A program made the translations under genes and the position numbers. DNA of 59,152 nucleotides, filler included, from Sphacelaria rigidula (Eukaryota): assembly GCA_964200075.2 (NCBI GenBank). It is 9 parts of 9 records of this genome, joined end to end, with 100 filler letters (N's around TTAATTAATTAA, not from the genome) between each part and the next. Parts side by side here need not be neighbours in the genome. Positions count along the whole stretch, not along the records: positions 6,585 to 13,068 come from CAXNAA020019804.1; positions 13,169 to 19,652 come from CAXNAA020019805.1; positions 19,753 to 26,236 come from CAXNAA020019806.1; 6 more parts are not named here. One strand, 5' to 3'. The notes below the pieces were generated by a model, which ran no database searches, was not told the DNA's origin, and was given only the letters and a program-made list of their open reading frames with translations. This document shows, in pieces, positions 10,611-22,229 of this stretch (positions within the stretch are counted from its first letter, which is position 1; each line of letters starts with the position of its first letter).

Positions 10611-12880
10611 TGTGTGGTGTTGTAGTGGCGTTCGTCAATCTTGTTCGGTCCGTTCTGGGCGGTGTCGTAGTATAGCTGCTCCCCTTATTCCGTGCCCTCA
10701 CTCGGCCGTAGTTGTTGCAGTATGTAGTGGTGGTGTGAAATCCTGAAGGGTGAAGCGCAGCGACCTGATCGCACGAAGTGTTCCGTTTCAAATGAAACAC
10801 CGGAAGTCCACTTGACGCGACTATGCTGTGGTATGCCCTGTGCTCCGACATGAGTGATGTTTCTGGTGATGGTGCTGAAGTGCGCTGAAGACGTGTCTCT
10901 GGATACTGGCTTCTTGATAGCGGATGCTGTTCTCAGGCTTGTTGGGGTCGCTTGGGATGGTTGCTTCTTGAAAAAGCAGGTGATCTTCGTTTGTTTTCGT
11001 GGTAATCGTGTTGGCTGGTTGGGATCTTCTGTACCGCGCATTTTGCTTGCGATGTCCCTTGGAGGTTGGATTGCCCCGCTTTTTACGTGTGCAGGTAGGG
11101 TATCTAGCACCTGCTGCTGTAGTACTGATGATGAGTCTGCTTTCTTGATGCCAAGTTGTTCTCTGGCATACTCTGTTGTTTTATCTTTAACGCCTAAACT
11201 GCCCTGGTGTCGTACCTTGGGCTGCTGGTGCTTTAGTGGCTGGTGCTTTTGTGGCTGGTGCTTTTGTGGCTGGTGCTGGTGCTGTAGTTGATGATGACGA
11301 TGGTGACGATGATAATAGTGATGACGGTGGCGAGAAGGATGATCGCGGTTCTTCTGCGGTGAGGTTGTCGATCTTCTTGAACTTCTGCTGTAATCTCCTC
11401 GTCTGTTGAAGTCGACACCTTTGTTGTTTTCGTAAAATGTCGGTTTTTCTCCCCTCGTTCTGTTGTATGCAGATGTAAGCTTGACCCATGAAGATCTATT
11501 ATTTTTACTGTAGCTTTTACCACTTCTCGTTTTTCTCGTTGAATCGTACGGTCTTGTCACTGTTCTGCCGGAAGATATCGAAGATGGTTCGGCAATCTTG
11601 ACTGCTCCTGTCGATTTGATGTCCGGGGGAGGTACTACTGCTGATAACGCTGTGCCAATCCCCATAAATTCCCCGGACACTACTTTAGCCGTGAATGCTG
11701 ACCGGGTGTTTGTTTTGACATTTCTTGAGTCCCGAACAATCTTTATGTTGATGAAGTGGAGCGTACCGTTGTTGTTGTCGGTGTGTATTGGAATCTTGAA
11801 TTTTCTAAGGTCGACGTGAGAGACGACGGAGAACACGGTTGAAGCTCCTCTTGTGAGTGCTTCAACTGGTGAAAACAGATGTTTCCCTAGACCCGGAACA
11901 ATAATGGCCGGAAGGCGGACGGGGTGTTGATTACCCTGTTGATCACAGACGATGGAGTGTAGTACTCCCTTTCCTGTCCCACTGAGGAGATGACGACCAG
12001 CTGTCAAAATTCTCATGGGAGGATCGAGTTTCACATAATCAAAGATTTCCTCTTCATTATTAGGGAGTAGCTGATTGTCGATGTAGTGATGACTGGCCCC
12101 GGAGTCGCATACCATCTTGAATGATATCGAAGCCGATAGCTGAGTCATGTCCTTGTCTGCAGGATCGACAAAAGAGGTATAGCCTATGCCACTTGGTGGC
12201 GCGTATATTTCAATCAACGTTGAAGATGAAGGTCCGCTGATGTCTTGAGCTTGATCATTGGAAGGAACAGTAGTTGAAGGAGTGGTTGACTCAGGGTCAA
12301 TGGTGACGGTATTCGCTTGATTCGGATGGTTGATGGTGTTGTTCGTGCTGAAGCCGGAGTTGGTGTTGCTGTTGCGCGTGTTGTTACGACGGCGATGGTT
12401 GTTCTTGTTCTGGTAGTTGTTGTTCCTGCTGCTACTCGTCGGCGCAGCCCCGTTAGTGATTTAACTCTTACATTCTGCGTTGTCATGTTTATCTGTACGA
12501 CGCAGGCTGCACCATTTCACAGTCCTGCTCCTGCTGTTAGGTTGTCGTTTTGAGCGACAGTCTCGGCTTTGGTGTCCAGGCCGACCGCAGCAAAAACATT
12601 TCCCAGAAAGTTCTGTAGTTGTTGCAGATGAATCGAGAGGTGAGGTTGTTATCATTGCGGAATCACGGCCGCGTGCTCCCTTCGACGAAATTCCGCGTGC
12701 GACGCGATTTGAATACATCTTCCTCATTGTTACTTCGATGTCGGAGATGCTGAAGTCTGGGTCACGCTCCGCATCATACTTTATCCTGTCGTATTCATCT
12801 TTTAAGCCTTCCACCACGATGTCCGTGAGTTTATCATCTGAAATGGGCTCACCCATGTACACCAGCTGATCAGTGCACAC
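10611..12880 (-). mobile_element. Ty1/copia-derived element with gag + protease but no integrase/RT; putative 3' LTR 10611-10799
   Basis: Gag-like MGEPISDDKLTDIVVEGLKDEYDRIK and CFCCGRPGHQSRDC knuckle (12461-12880). Copia-type protease CDSGASHHYID...IIVPGLGKHLFS lies in the 510-aa ORF 10685-12217, followed only by low-complexity sequence. The minus-strand segment TGTTTCATTTGAAACGGAAC...CACACA resembles an LTR. Confidence 0.82.
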
Positions 12881-13013
12881 CCATGAGGCAGTGTATTAGC
12901 CATGGCTGTCCCTGGAAGTGGCGATACCAGATAATAAAGTAACTCGTTGTAGGCTGTCACCCAAATACGAGATGATCAGTAGGCTTCGGGCCGAACAAGC
13001 TTAGCAGGGGAGT

Positions 13014-13068
13014 GATGCTACGGTAGGGGTACAGAAATATTTTCTGAGGTTAGAATTGTTAGGAGCCC
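13014..13068. repeat. End of a dispersed DNA-transposon/MITE family (ATGCTACGGTAGGGGTRCA)
   Basis: Near-identical to the reverse complement of 55094-55148. Related ends are at about 28837, 36860, 54901 and 56333. Confidence 0.7.
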
Positions 13069-14733
13069 NNNNNNNNNNNNNNNNNNNNNNNNNNNNNNNN
13101 NNNNNNNNNNNNTTAATTAATTAANNNNNNNNNNNNNNNNNNNNNNNNNNNNNNNNNNNNNNNNNNNNCCACGTCAAACTTCTGGCATGGTGTGTCCAAC
13201 GGGGGGGGGCGGGAGCGGGGGGGTTGGAACAGTGCGATGCGATGTAGAAGCGCAGCAGATCATGTGTCGTACCCAAAATAGCGGCGGCTAATGCGCGGTG
13301 ATGAGGTGGTTGTTATATTTGTTTTTGCCGGGGAACTGTTCTCCTGTAGCCATACACGCTAACACCAACGTTACTCCCCAGTAGGAGAGCCGTTACAAAC
13401 ACGTGCATGTCGTCGTTGCTGGGGTGTTGCGTGAAGCATGCGTGGGAGATCGCCGCTCAAGGCAAAATGCACACACACTATATGAAGCATGTCCTAGAGA
13501 CTCGATGAAGAACACCATCCGACGTTTTTTCCAACGTTCAGCGCATCTTGTCGTACCGACGGTTCCCAGCAGTTCTCTCGCTGTCAGAACGCAATCGATA
13601 CCCCGCAACGCACAAAGTCGATGCGCATGCGTTGGTTGTGCCGCAATCTTGAAAACAGTCCAGTTGGATACCATCGTTTTGGTTCAGATTTGTGTCTTTG
13701 GTAGCGGTACACTCGTTCAATTGAGATTAATATTGATCATCACGCACAAACCGCGAATCGCCCGATCGTGTCGCCAGACCAATCCCCACACACTTGTGCA
13801 CCCAAGGGCTCACCGCACCATGCACCAGTCACCATCACGATGCACACGAGGTGCGGTTGATGGCCACCTTCTGCAGAAGACAAGCTTGAAGAGTACCAAC
13901 GTCAGGCAACTCATGACTTGACTAAGTTATGTGGTATAACTCATCTTGAATGAAGTTATACTGCTGATTTATACGGTATAACTCGTCTAATTGAAATGTG
14001 CACGGCTGCTTTATAACATACTTCGTATAATTCATCCAGTGGGAAAATGTACCGCTCAGTAATACGGTTGTACTCAGCCTGTGGGAAGAGGTACCGGTGA
14101 GATGTACAATAGAACGCAGCCAATGGAAAACAGTACAACACACTTATATCTCAGTCATGTTGTGCAACTCATGGAGTTAATTTTATGAGCTACGGTGACA
14201 CCCCCTCGAGGGTACACATGCAAGTCACAACGGTCAACACTGGCTAGTGCGAGTGACCACACGTGATATGGCTTTCAGCATACGTGAGAGAATGAACCTG
14301 CTTTTGATGTACCTCGGAAGAGACGAAGGTGGAACATGAAATTTCAATGCTAACATATATATACATATATATATATATATGCACATGTATCATTTCGCAA
14401 TTTTCACCCCTGTCGACGACTTTTCTCTAACGGCAAGGCATCTTATACCGCGCTTTCTTTTTCAGTGCACGAAGAAGGGGCAGCGGTACATTACCTGTGA
14501 GATTCAGGTGTCATGTGATACCGGTAGCGCGTGTTCTTGCCATCGAAAGTCGACCACACTGGCTCTATTTCTCGGGGTGTTAATCCCAAACCACCGAAGC
14601 CTCCTCAAGACCGTGCAAAACTTGAAAAAGGAACCGGAACCACAAAAGCCTGTTCATGGCTGGGTATTTCTTCACCATGTGATTATCTTTGCAATGTCAT
14701 CGATTGAGTTCATTGGGTGTCAGCAGTCGCTTT

Positions 14734-16394
14734 CACTTGGGCAAATATTCATTCCGTATGTTCTCTTCTTTGCCTCTACCACTGGCGTTTGATCACAGCG
14801 ACACGTCGATATCATACTGAGGGATATGAAGGGCCTCAGGGACAAGCTACTACAGATAACATGTAGTGCGTCGTGGAAGTGCATTTGAGAACTGAAATAT
14901 ATTATTCACTGATTGATCGCCTCACGCTCTCACTGTGTAGTATCTATTCTCGAGCTCACTAAAACACTGTCTATCACAGGAGACTTTGTTGAACTGTGTA
15001 CCTTGGTGGACACAGTTTATGCAAGTCCGGCATGCAGAGCTACACCTTTTGTACATGGATCAGTAATGCGAATGCATGCTCCTGTATTATGGACGGACTA
15101 TTGACAGGTGAGGTGGAAATAGTCCTGTAGACAAGGCTGTACCTACCGTGCTATTACTATACAGTCCAAATTATCATTTTTACAACAGACGTTTATCCGG
15201 GCGTTGACCTGGAGTTCAACGCACACAGTAGTTGGGGAAGAAACATCTAACACCGTCATATCTACTCAACACTTCACGAAAGCATGTTTAAATTATCAAT
15301 AGATGTATCTCAAACTCGGCTCAGGTCCAGTACTGTGATTTTCTTTTCATCGTCATCGATTTGGGAGTACAATGACTGCTTTGTTGCAGCGAATGTGACG
15401 AGCACATGAGAGCAAATAAGTTCAAAACAATTGATCATTGCCCTGGCCTTTGTCAGCAACAAACACAAGTCGAATGATTTGGAAAATCTTCTGTTTCGCA
15501 CTTGAAACGTTTAACCCTTAGACCGCGAGGTTAGTCTTCTGTTGAATCGGCATCAATTTCAAGTGAAAAAAAGTATGCATGATCCAGAAAGACTAATCTC
15601 GCGATGTAAGGGTTGACCCTTAGACCGCGAGGGTAGTCTTATCTGGATCATGCGTACGTTTTTCAAGTGAAATTGATGCCGACTCAACAGATGACCTACT
15701 CTCGCTGTCTCAGGGTGAACCCTTAGACCGCAAGATTAGTCTTTCTGGATCATGCATACTTTTTTTCACTTAAAATTGATGCCGATTCAACAGAAAACTA
15801 ACCTCGCGGTCTAAGGATTAACACAGTCATACCTACGTCATGCCCATTCACTTGAAAAAATAGTACAAAGAGCCAGCGAATAAACCAGGAAACCGGGAGC
15901 AAAGTTGGATATACCTCCAAAGAGTTCAAACTGTACGGTCATGCGAACTCAACAGTCGTGGTTGCTCTACGTGGACGAAACGTACGAACCCAACAGCGTG
16001 ATCATTCTTCGTTGACCAGACTCGGTCCTGTCCATAGAAACGTTTGACCACGAGGAAAGTTCCTCGGGTGTCGGCTTGACTGCTATAAACAACATTTTCG
16101 TGAAATCGAGAGTAGAGCAGTAGGGCGTCGATTGACAGTGGCTTTGATCATTCGATTACACTTGGTCAAATATTCATTCCGCGTGTACTCTTCTTTGCCT
16201 CCATCACCGGCGCGTGCTTTCAGTGACACGTCGATATCATAATGAGGGATGTCAAGGGCCTCAGGGGCAAGCTACTACAGAGAGCATATAGTGCGTCGTG
16301 GAGGTGCATTTCGGAACTGAAATAAATCATCCACATATTGACTGCTTGACGCTCTCATTGTGTAGCGTTCACTCTCAAGCTCACGAAAACACTG
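14734..16394 (+). repeat. Diverged direct repeat pair of about 235 bp (14734-14970 and 16159-16394)
   Basis: Both copies share CACTTGG.CAAATATTCATTCCG...GACACGTCGATATCAT...AAGGGCCTCAGGG.CAAGCTACTACAGA...AAAACACTG. Confidence 0.85.
15511..15821. mobile_element. Trimer of about 98-bp piggyBac-like MITEs
   Basis: Units 15515-15612, 15617-15715 and 15720-15817 each start CCCTTAGACCGC and end in an imperfect complement. They are bounded by TTAA/TTGA/TGAA/TTAA. Unit 1 is inverted relative to units 2 and 3. Confidence 0.85.
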
Positions 16395-16429
16395 CTTAGC
16401 CCTCGGGCTCGGTGCTAATTTATAGTGTC

Positions 16430-17420
16430 CCGAACAGTTCATCCGAATTTGCCACGCGTTTAAGTATTTCGGTAAGTTGCTCTCGTGTTGCACGAGATGT
16501 GCTCATCACTCTGGCACGTCGGAAATATCACACATGTTCAACGCTGGCGATTTAGCCGACGTGATCGGTCTGAAATCCCATTCATACAACCGACGTGTAT
16601 TGCCCGAGCTCACCTCTGCCACCCACCAGTACATTCCACTTCTCTTCCCGACAAAAGAACCTGGTCGTAGTCTGTTCTGGTCGCTGATAGGTGTGATTTA
16701 ATCAACATGATGGATCTCGGCAACAACTCCTCAGCAAACGCAGTGGGTTTGCTCGCCGGCCATGCCTCGTCCACGGGCTCGGTTCAAATTTACATTTTCC
16801 CGATCTGTCCATCGGGATGTTCTACGCAATCAAATATTTCAGTACGTTGCTCTCGTGTAGCTCGAGAAATAGTTATCACTCTCGCACGTCAAAAATATCA
16901 CATATGTTGAACGCTGGCGATTAGGCCGACGTGATCTCGAGAGATCCCATTCTTCCGAACAACGTCTATCGGTTGCGCTTACCCCTATCACCCACTGACA
17001 CATTCCACTTCTCTTCCCGAGAAAACAGCCAGGTCGTTGCCTATTCTCTTCCCTGATACACGTAATTTAATTAACGAAATGGCTTGCAACAAGCGTTCGT
17101 CAGCAAACATGGACAGTTCACGCGCCTGTCATCGCTCGGTTACGGGCTCTGTCGGAATTTACATTTTCTCGCACTGTCTATCCAAATGTTCCACTGCACG
17201 TCGGGAATATCACACAAGTTCAACGCTGGCGATTAAGCCGACGTCCCATTCTTCCGGACAAGGTGTATGGCTCGCGCCTGCCCCTCCAGCACACCAACAC
17301 ATTCCACTTCTCTTCCCGAGAAAAGCACCTGCAAAAGTGAATTAATCGACGTGATGGCTCGCGGCAACCGCTCCTCAGCAAACGGAAAAAGTTCGCACGC
17401 CGGTCGTGCCTTGTCGACGT
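16430..17420 (+). repeat. Three degenerate tandem units of about 310-370 bp
   Basis: CACGTCRRRAATATCACA..GTT.AACGCTGGCGATT..GCCGACGT recurs at about 16515, 16884 and 17197, each followed by ACATTCCACTTCTCTTCCCGA and TC(C/G)TCAGCAAAC. Confidence 0.85.
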
Positions 17421-17955
17421 CTACAATCTTGCTACTCCCCCGCGTGACACCCCTTCGCCTGAATATTTTGGCGGGAGTGGGTTATCATCTCCACGCACAA
17501 CTCCTTCGACCAGTCGAAGCTCTTTAGCGAACGACGACGATATCCCCGAGGACCGCAACCTCGACTTCCTCTGCCCTCGAACGGGGTGCGCTACGCCCCT
17601 TTTCTTGAAGGCAAACACAAGACCTGACCGCAGCGACTACCATGACCAAATTCCGAATTCTGGTGGAATGACTCTGCATGCTTCAATTTCTGCTGGAACA
17701 CATTATGAACAAATACGGACAGCTGGTTGTCCGGACCAAACACACAATAGCGTTCAGCATCACCTTCAGCTCATGTCGCACCTTTACGCATATGCTACTC
17801 ATGTCGAAATTGTAGTTGCCCAACAACTGTACAACATTAAAATCCGTGTTACTCAAGTTGGTGATCCTTATCCGGGACCACCATTCGAAAAAACATGCGA
17901 CGTTTTGTACGGCGACGATCACTATAATACATTGAAATGCGACAGCTTCTCTTGA
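17341..17955 (+). pseudogene. Degenerate OTU-like (ovarian tumour deubiquitinase fold) domain
   Basis: HYEQIR...HHLQLMSHLYAYATHVEIVVAQQLYNIKIRV...VLYGDDHYNTL matches the C-terminal half of OTU domains by eye. The DGNC catalytic-Cys motif is not recognisable. Confidence 0.55.
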
Positions 17956-18392
17956 CCATCTTTTTGCGACTTGCGTCACCCCCGGGAGGCCCGTACCAAC
18001 CTGCCGAAGGGGAACCTTGTATATATATATATATATATATCCGACGCCCCTATAGAGGCAGTCCGTGGAATAGTTTGGCCGATTCGGGAGAGCCACAGTG
18101 TGAGCCAGAAAATACCAGCATCAACCACCATTTTCGTATATAAATCTTTAGAGTTTGCTATCGCCAGTAATGTTTTTCGCCGTCTAGAACTGACAAGTTC
18201 TACACATCACAGCAGCAGTTCGGTGCTACTCATACGAATATACAGGCAAACAGCAGAGAACACCAAAAGAACCATGAAAATGAAGGCCAAGATCCGGTTT
18301 GAATGTCGCAAGGAGAACAAAACCAAGAGAAGGAGGCGAAGCATTTCCTACATTTCGAATGCACACCCCCCCTCAACATCTTCCAGACGCCT

Positions 18393-19560
18393 CTAGAGCG
18401 TGGGGACGTCGTCTTTGACTTTGTACTCGTCGGCAACGTCGGCGACGACGTTCTCCGCGCCGGTAGAAAGGTCCAGCAGTTTTCCCCGGGGGTTGGTGAG
18501 CTGGCGGTGTACTACCTCCTTAGCCTGCTCATCTGACATAGTGGGCACCTCGATAGGGATGTACTTCTTGTTGGCGCGTAGGAACAGTGTGATCTCGTTT
18601 ATTCGCCCTGACAGCCGTCTTCGGGACCCGGTCATCATGCGCCCAGCCGTGCTGAAGTCCCCCTCGAGGACGGCAACAGACGGCGGCACAGACAGTATAA
18701 GTTGAGCCACATGCGCCATGTTCAGGTAGAGCGATTGCCCCTCTCGGACCCAAAAGGAAAAAACTCTCCCAGTGGGTAGCCTTTTTTTTTCGTGTCTGTG
18801 AAGCGCAATAGGCGGTCGAACTCCTCGTGGCGAATATCATGCAAGGTTAAGGCTACCTTGGGTGGTCCAGTGTCATCGTTGTCGTGTTCGGAGCTGTCAC
18901 CAGAAAGGCCCCTGTCGGCCCTTCGCTTCGTCACGGTCCCATCCTGCGTCTTGGAGATGCCGGAGCCGGCAAACGGCCCGACGGAGCACCTGCACTCGTT
19001 GGAAAACGCGGCATCGTCGACGTCGGGCTCTTCCTCAGGCCAAGCCTCCACCCTGTCAGCCATGCCCACCACAAGGTCCACCACCTCGCCCCGATGTGCT
19101 TGCTGACACCTTGGGCTTTCTTCCCACTGCTGCACAATCTGGGCAACAAGTTGAGGTTGTGGCAGTGGGGGCTCATACACCCCGCCATATCGAAGCTCTC
19201 GTGGTGGCGCTTGTCGAAAAAGCATTTTCAGGATCGCATTCCGGAGCTTTCCGCGGGTACTGGTGGTAACGTCCTAGAGGCTTCCCACCATGCGGTATCT
19301 GCTTGTCATGGTTGGCCCGTTTACCTCCAACCACACCTTGCGAGGCACCGTGACGATGATCGGCTTCGTGACGCCCAGCGTGGCGTACTGAGTCATCAGA
19401 GACAGGCTGTACAGCTCTCCGATGGCCTTTTTGTGAAGAGCAAAAAAGAAAAGACCCCCACTTCGTTCTCCAGCACCTAGCAGGTGAACATCCAGCAATG
19501 GGGGACGGCGTTCACTAGCCTCGTGGTGTTACCGAAGATGAGGTGCAGCATGCCTCCGTA
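18393..19560 (-). pseudogene. hAT transposase relic (C-terminal dimerisation domain)
   Basis: MAHVAQLILSVPPSVAVLEGDFSTAGRMMTGSRRRLSGRINEITLFLRAN resembles the hAT dimerisation motif. Upstream TRLVNAVPHCW resembles the TRW motif. Frameshifts and stops are present. Confidence 0.78.
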
Positions 19561-19580
19561 CTGGAACTGGTGATGAGGTA

Positions 19581-19652
19581 GAGGGGAGGGTGTACTCATG
19601 ATCATGCCTGCCATAGTCATCAGACCATTGACCTCGCATCCCTACAAAGCCG
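19581..19652 (-). mobile_element. LINE 3' end (poly(C)-ended family) at contig end
   Basis: Reverse complement: CGGCTTTGTAGGGATGCGAGGTCAATGGTCTGATGACTATGGCAGGCATGATCATGAGTACACCCTCCCCTC. Confidence 0.75.
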
Positions 19653-22229
19653 NNNNNNNNNNNNNNNNNNNNNNNNNNNNNNNNNNNNNNNNNNNNTTAA
19701 TTAATTAANNNNNNNNNNNNNNNNNNNNNNNNNNNNNNNNNNNNNNNNNNNNGCCGGGTGTTCAGACGTGTGCTTTCCCGATCTACTAGGGCATGCAGGT
19801 TCATGGGGCCCCCCCCCCCCCCCCCCTCCCTCTCCTTCACTCAGGAAAAAACACGGCGGGGCTGATCTAGATGCCGCGGCGCTTCTTTTCTTGCAGCGGC
19901 GCTTTTTGAATAAAATTATAATATATTTTTTCGGCCCATCCGCCGAGATGTTTTTTGGGCCGTTCGCCATGAAGGGCAGCATAACCAGTGGCGCAGTTAC
20001 CCTTGCTGTGGTACACACCTGTCGCAGCCCGGACCTGAGACATAAGCTCACAAAAAATTGTGATCTCAACTGCAGGATAGACAATGAAAAGCACGAGCCG
20101 CATCTATTTATCAACCGAGTATGACGCTTTTAGCTCGGGGAAAATCGGTTCTAAACTGAGACACGATGACTTCTGTCAGACAGGTGCCGTTCAACACACT
20201 CACGAACGGTCAACAACATCATCTTGAGCAAGTTTGTTGCACCGGCACGGCCGGCCCTGTTCCAACATGCGACGGATTGCCGTGAAACAAACATCGCTGT
20301 TCTGTGTAGGTGAGCAAGAGCTAGCGCCAGGCGTGATGTACTTGTGCTTTGTCGGTCACGATGGAGTCGTCGACCATATGTGGGTGTGTTGTACTGCCCC
20401 CGTGTGACGAAAATCATCGTCTCATTCAATTTTGAACCGATTCGGTCCCATTTTGAGGCAAAGCAATGAGAACGGAATGATGATGATAATGACATGCCGA
20501 CACGAGAAATCCGGAGGGCGGCAATCACGCGCAAGGTGCATGAACATTCTCGCACGGTCGAAACGCGGACCGTCTCGAGCACGAGAAGCACACAGCAGCA
20601 GCAGCAGCAGCAGCAGTAGCAGCAGCATCTTTACTATCAGCAGTCCATGATGTGCCATGAGGCCCCCTTGTTATACGAGCTGGGCCGGCAGTAAATCCCA
20701 CGTTCTCTCTCTGCACTGCAACTTCTCAAGTTTCCCGAATCAGCGCGACTTGAGCATATCGCTGTGAACTGCAGACTAACCTGGTAACACACGGCACCGC
20801 CGCTGCTTGATTGTACTGCATTGAGTACCGGGTACGTCTATTGCCATTGCGTGACAACGTGTCTGGAGACGTTTCCTTTCACAAAATGCGGTGGAATTAC
20901 GATAGAGCGTTGCGCCGCATAGGCACACGCACACCCGACATGCCCAGGCAAGAGCACACTGGTCGTGCTGCAAGATGGCATCAAGCTCGTCATAAGCTCT
21001 ATAATGGGAGAGAACCTCCGAGCTAATTGTCGTATATCACCGCACGAAGGAGAAGTACTATTTGGAACTGCGCTATACCCCCCCCCCCCCCCCCGAAAGC
21101 AAAACCGTCACCAAAATATCGAGACCCTGTGCAACCCAGAGGTATGAGAGATTTTGCACGGTTAGTGTGCACAAGAACGTTTTTGTCGTGTCGGGATTCG
21201 AACTCATGACCGGTGTAATTTGAGGTTCTATCAGTTTGACCACCGGGGTCACACAAAAAGTGCGATGCTAAGGCCAATTTTACGTATTTTTGGCTGAAAA
21301 TTTACATGGATGTGGTTGACGCGAGTGCCCGTATGTGCCGGAGCGTTGTCATCGTTATTACATCATTGCTTAAGGAAGTTATAGCTTTTTTTCTGCTCTT
21401 GCTGAAACTCTAACCCGCTCTAACGTCCTGTTCTTTTCCCCCGCGACACCCCTCACAGGGTTGCGCGGATTGATAATGAAAATGTCGTGTCAAAATTTCA
21501 GCGCCCCACTTTTCGAAATGCTTATAGCATCTCCACTCTTCGTTTGAAAATCACTGATGGCCAGCCCAGCTCGTATGCTTTTGAGCAGCCCAAATGATAG
21601 GCTTGTAGTTCGGTCGGTTTCATCATCACAATTACATGGCAGCCAATCTACCAAAACATCACCAGTGAAAATATGAGTGATGAGTTGGTGCTGTAGTGGC
21701 TTAAGCCGCCAGGAGAGGGGGTGACCCCGAAGAAAAACGCCCCCGCCCCCCCCCAAGCTCTCCAGCTGGAGGGGCAGTCCCGACAGAGGCGTTGCGGAAG
21801 GCAGAAAACTACTTTTATTGGCTTCATTTCTCATCGAGATCGAGTCCATTTTTCACCGGTCAAAGGCAGTCGGTGCGTACAGAGTTCAGGTTTGGAGCCA
21901 CCTCAGGGGGGATAAAAGGAGGGTTCGACCATATCGTTGTACACAATCGCCAGGAGACGTTACTCAAGGTAGCAGGGGGTGCTTAAAACGATATTGACGC
22001 CAATTTTTAGCGACTGGTCGGTAACTTGACGCTTTCCCCCCAAAAGATAGCACCTACAGGCGTGTTCCGTGATACTAGCGGCTTGACACTGACTTTTGAT
22101 TTGAAGCTACGATTTTGCTCTATTGCAGTCTTGCGTGCTTGTCCTCATGACATGGGTATTGTACCCAAATGGTGTGAAGTTATTTCTGTAGGGCATTTTC
22201 GGCCCATGAAGATGTTTCGGAAGAATCGG

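Noticed and set aside
13922..14180. Degenerate TATAACTC repeats as a regulatory array
   Set aside because: There are too few, too diverged units; they are probably transposon subterminal motifs.
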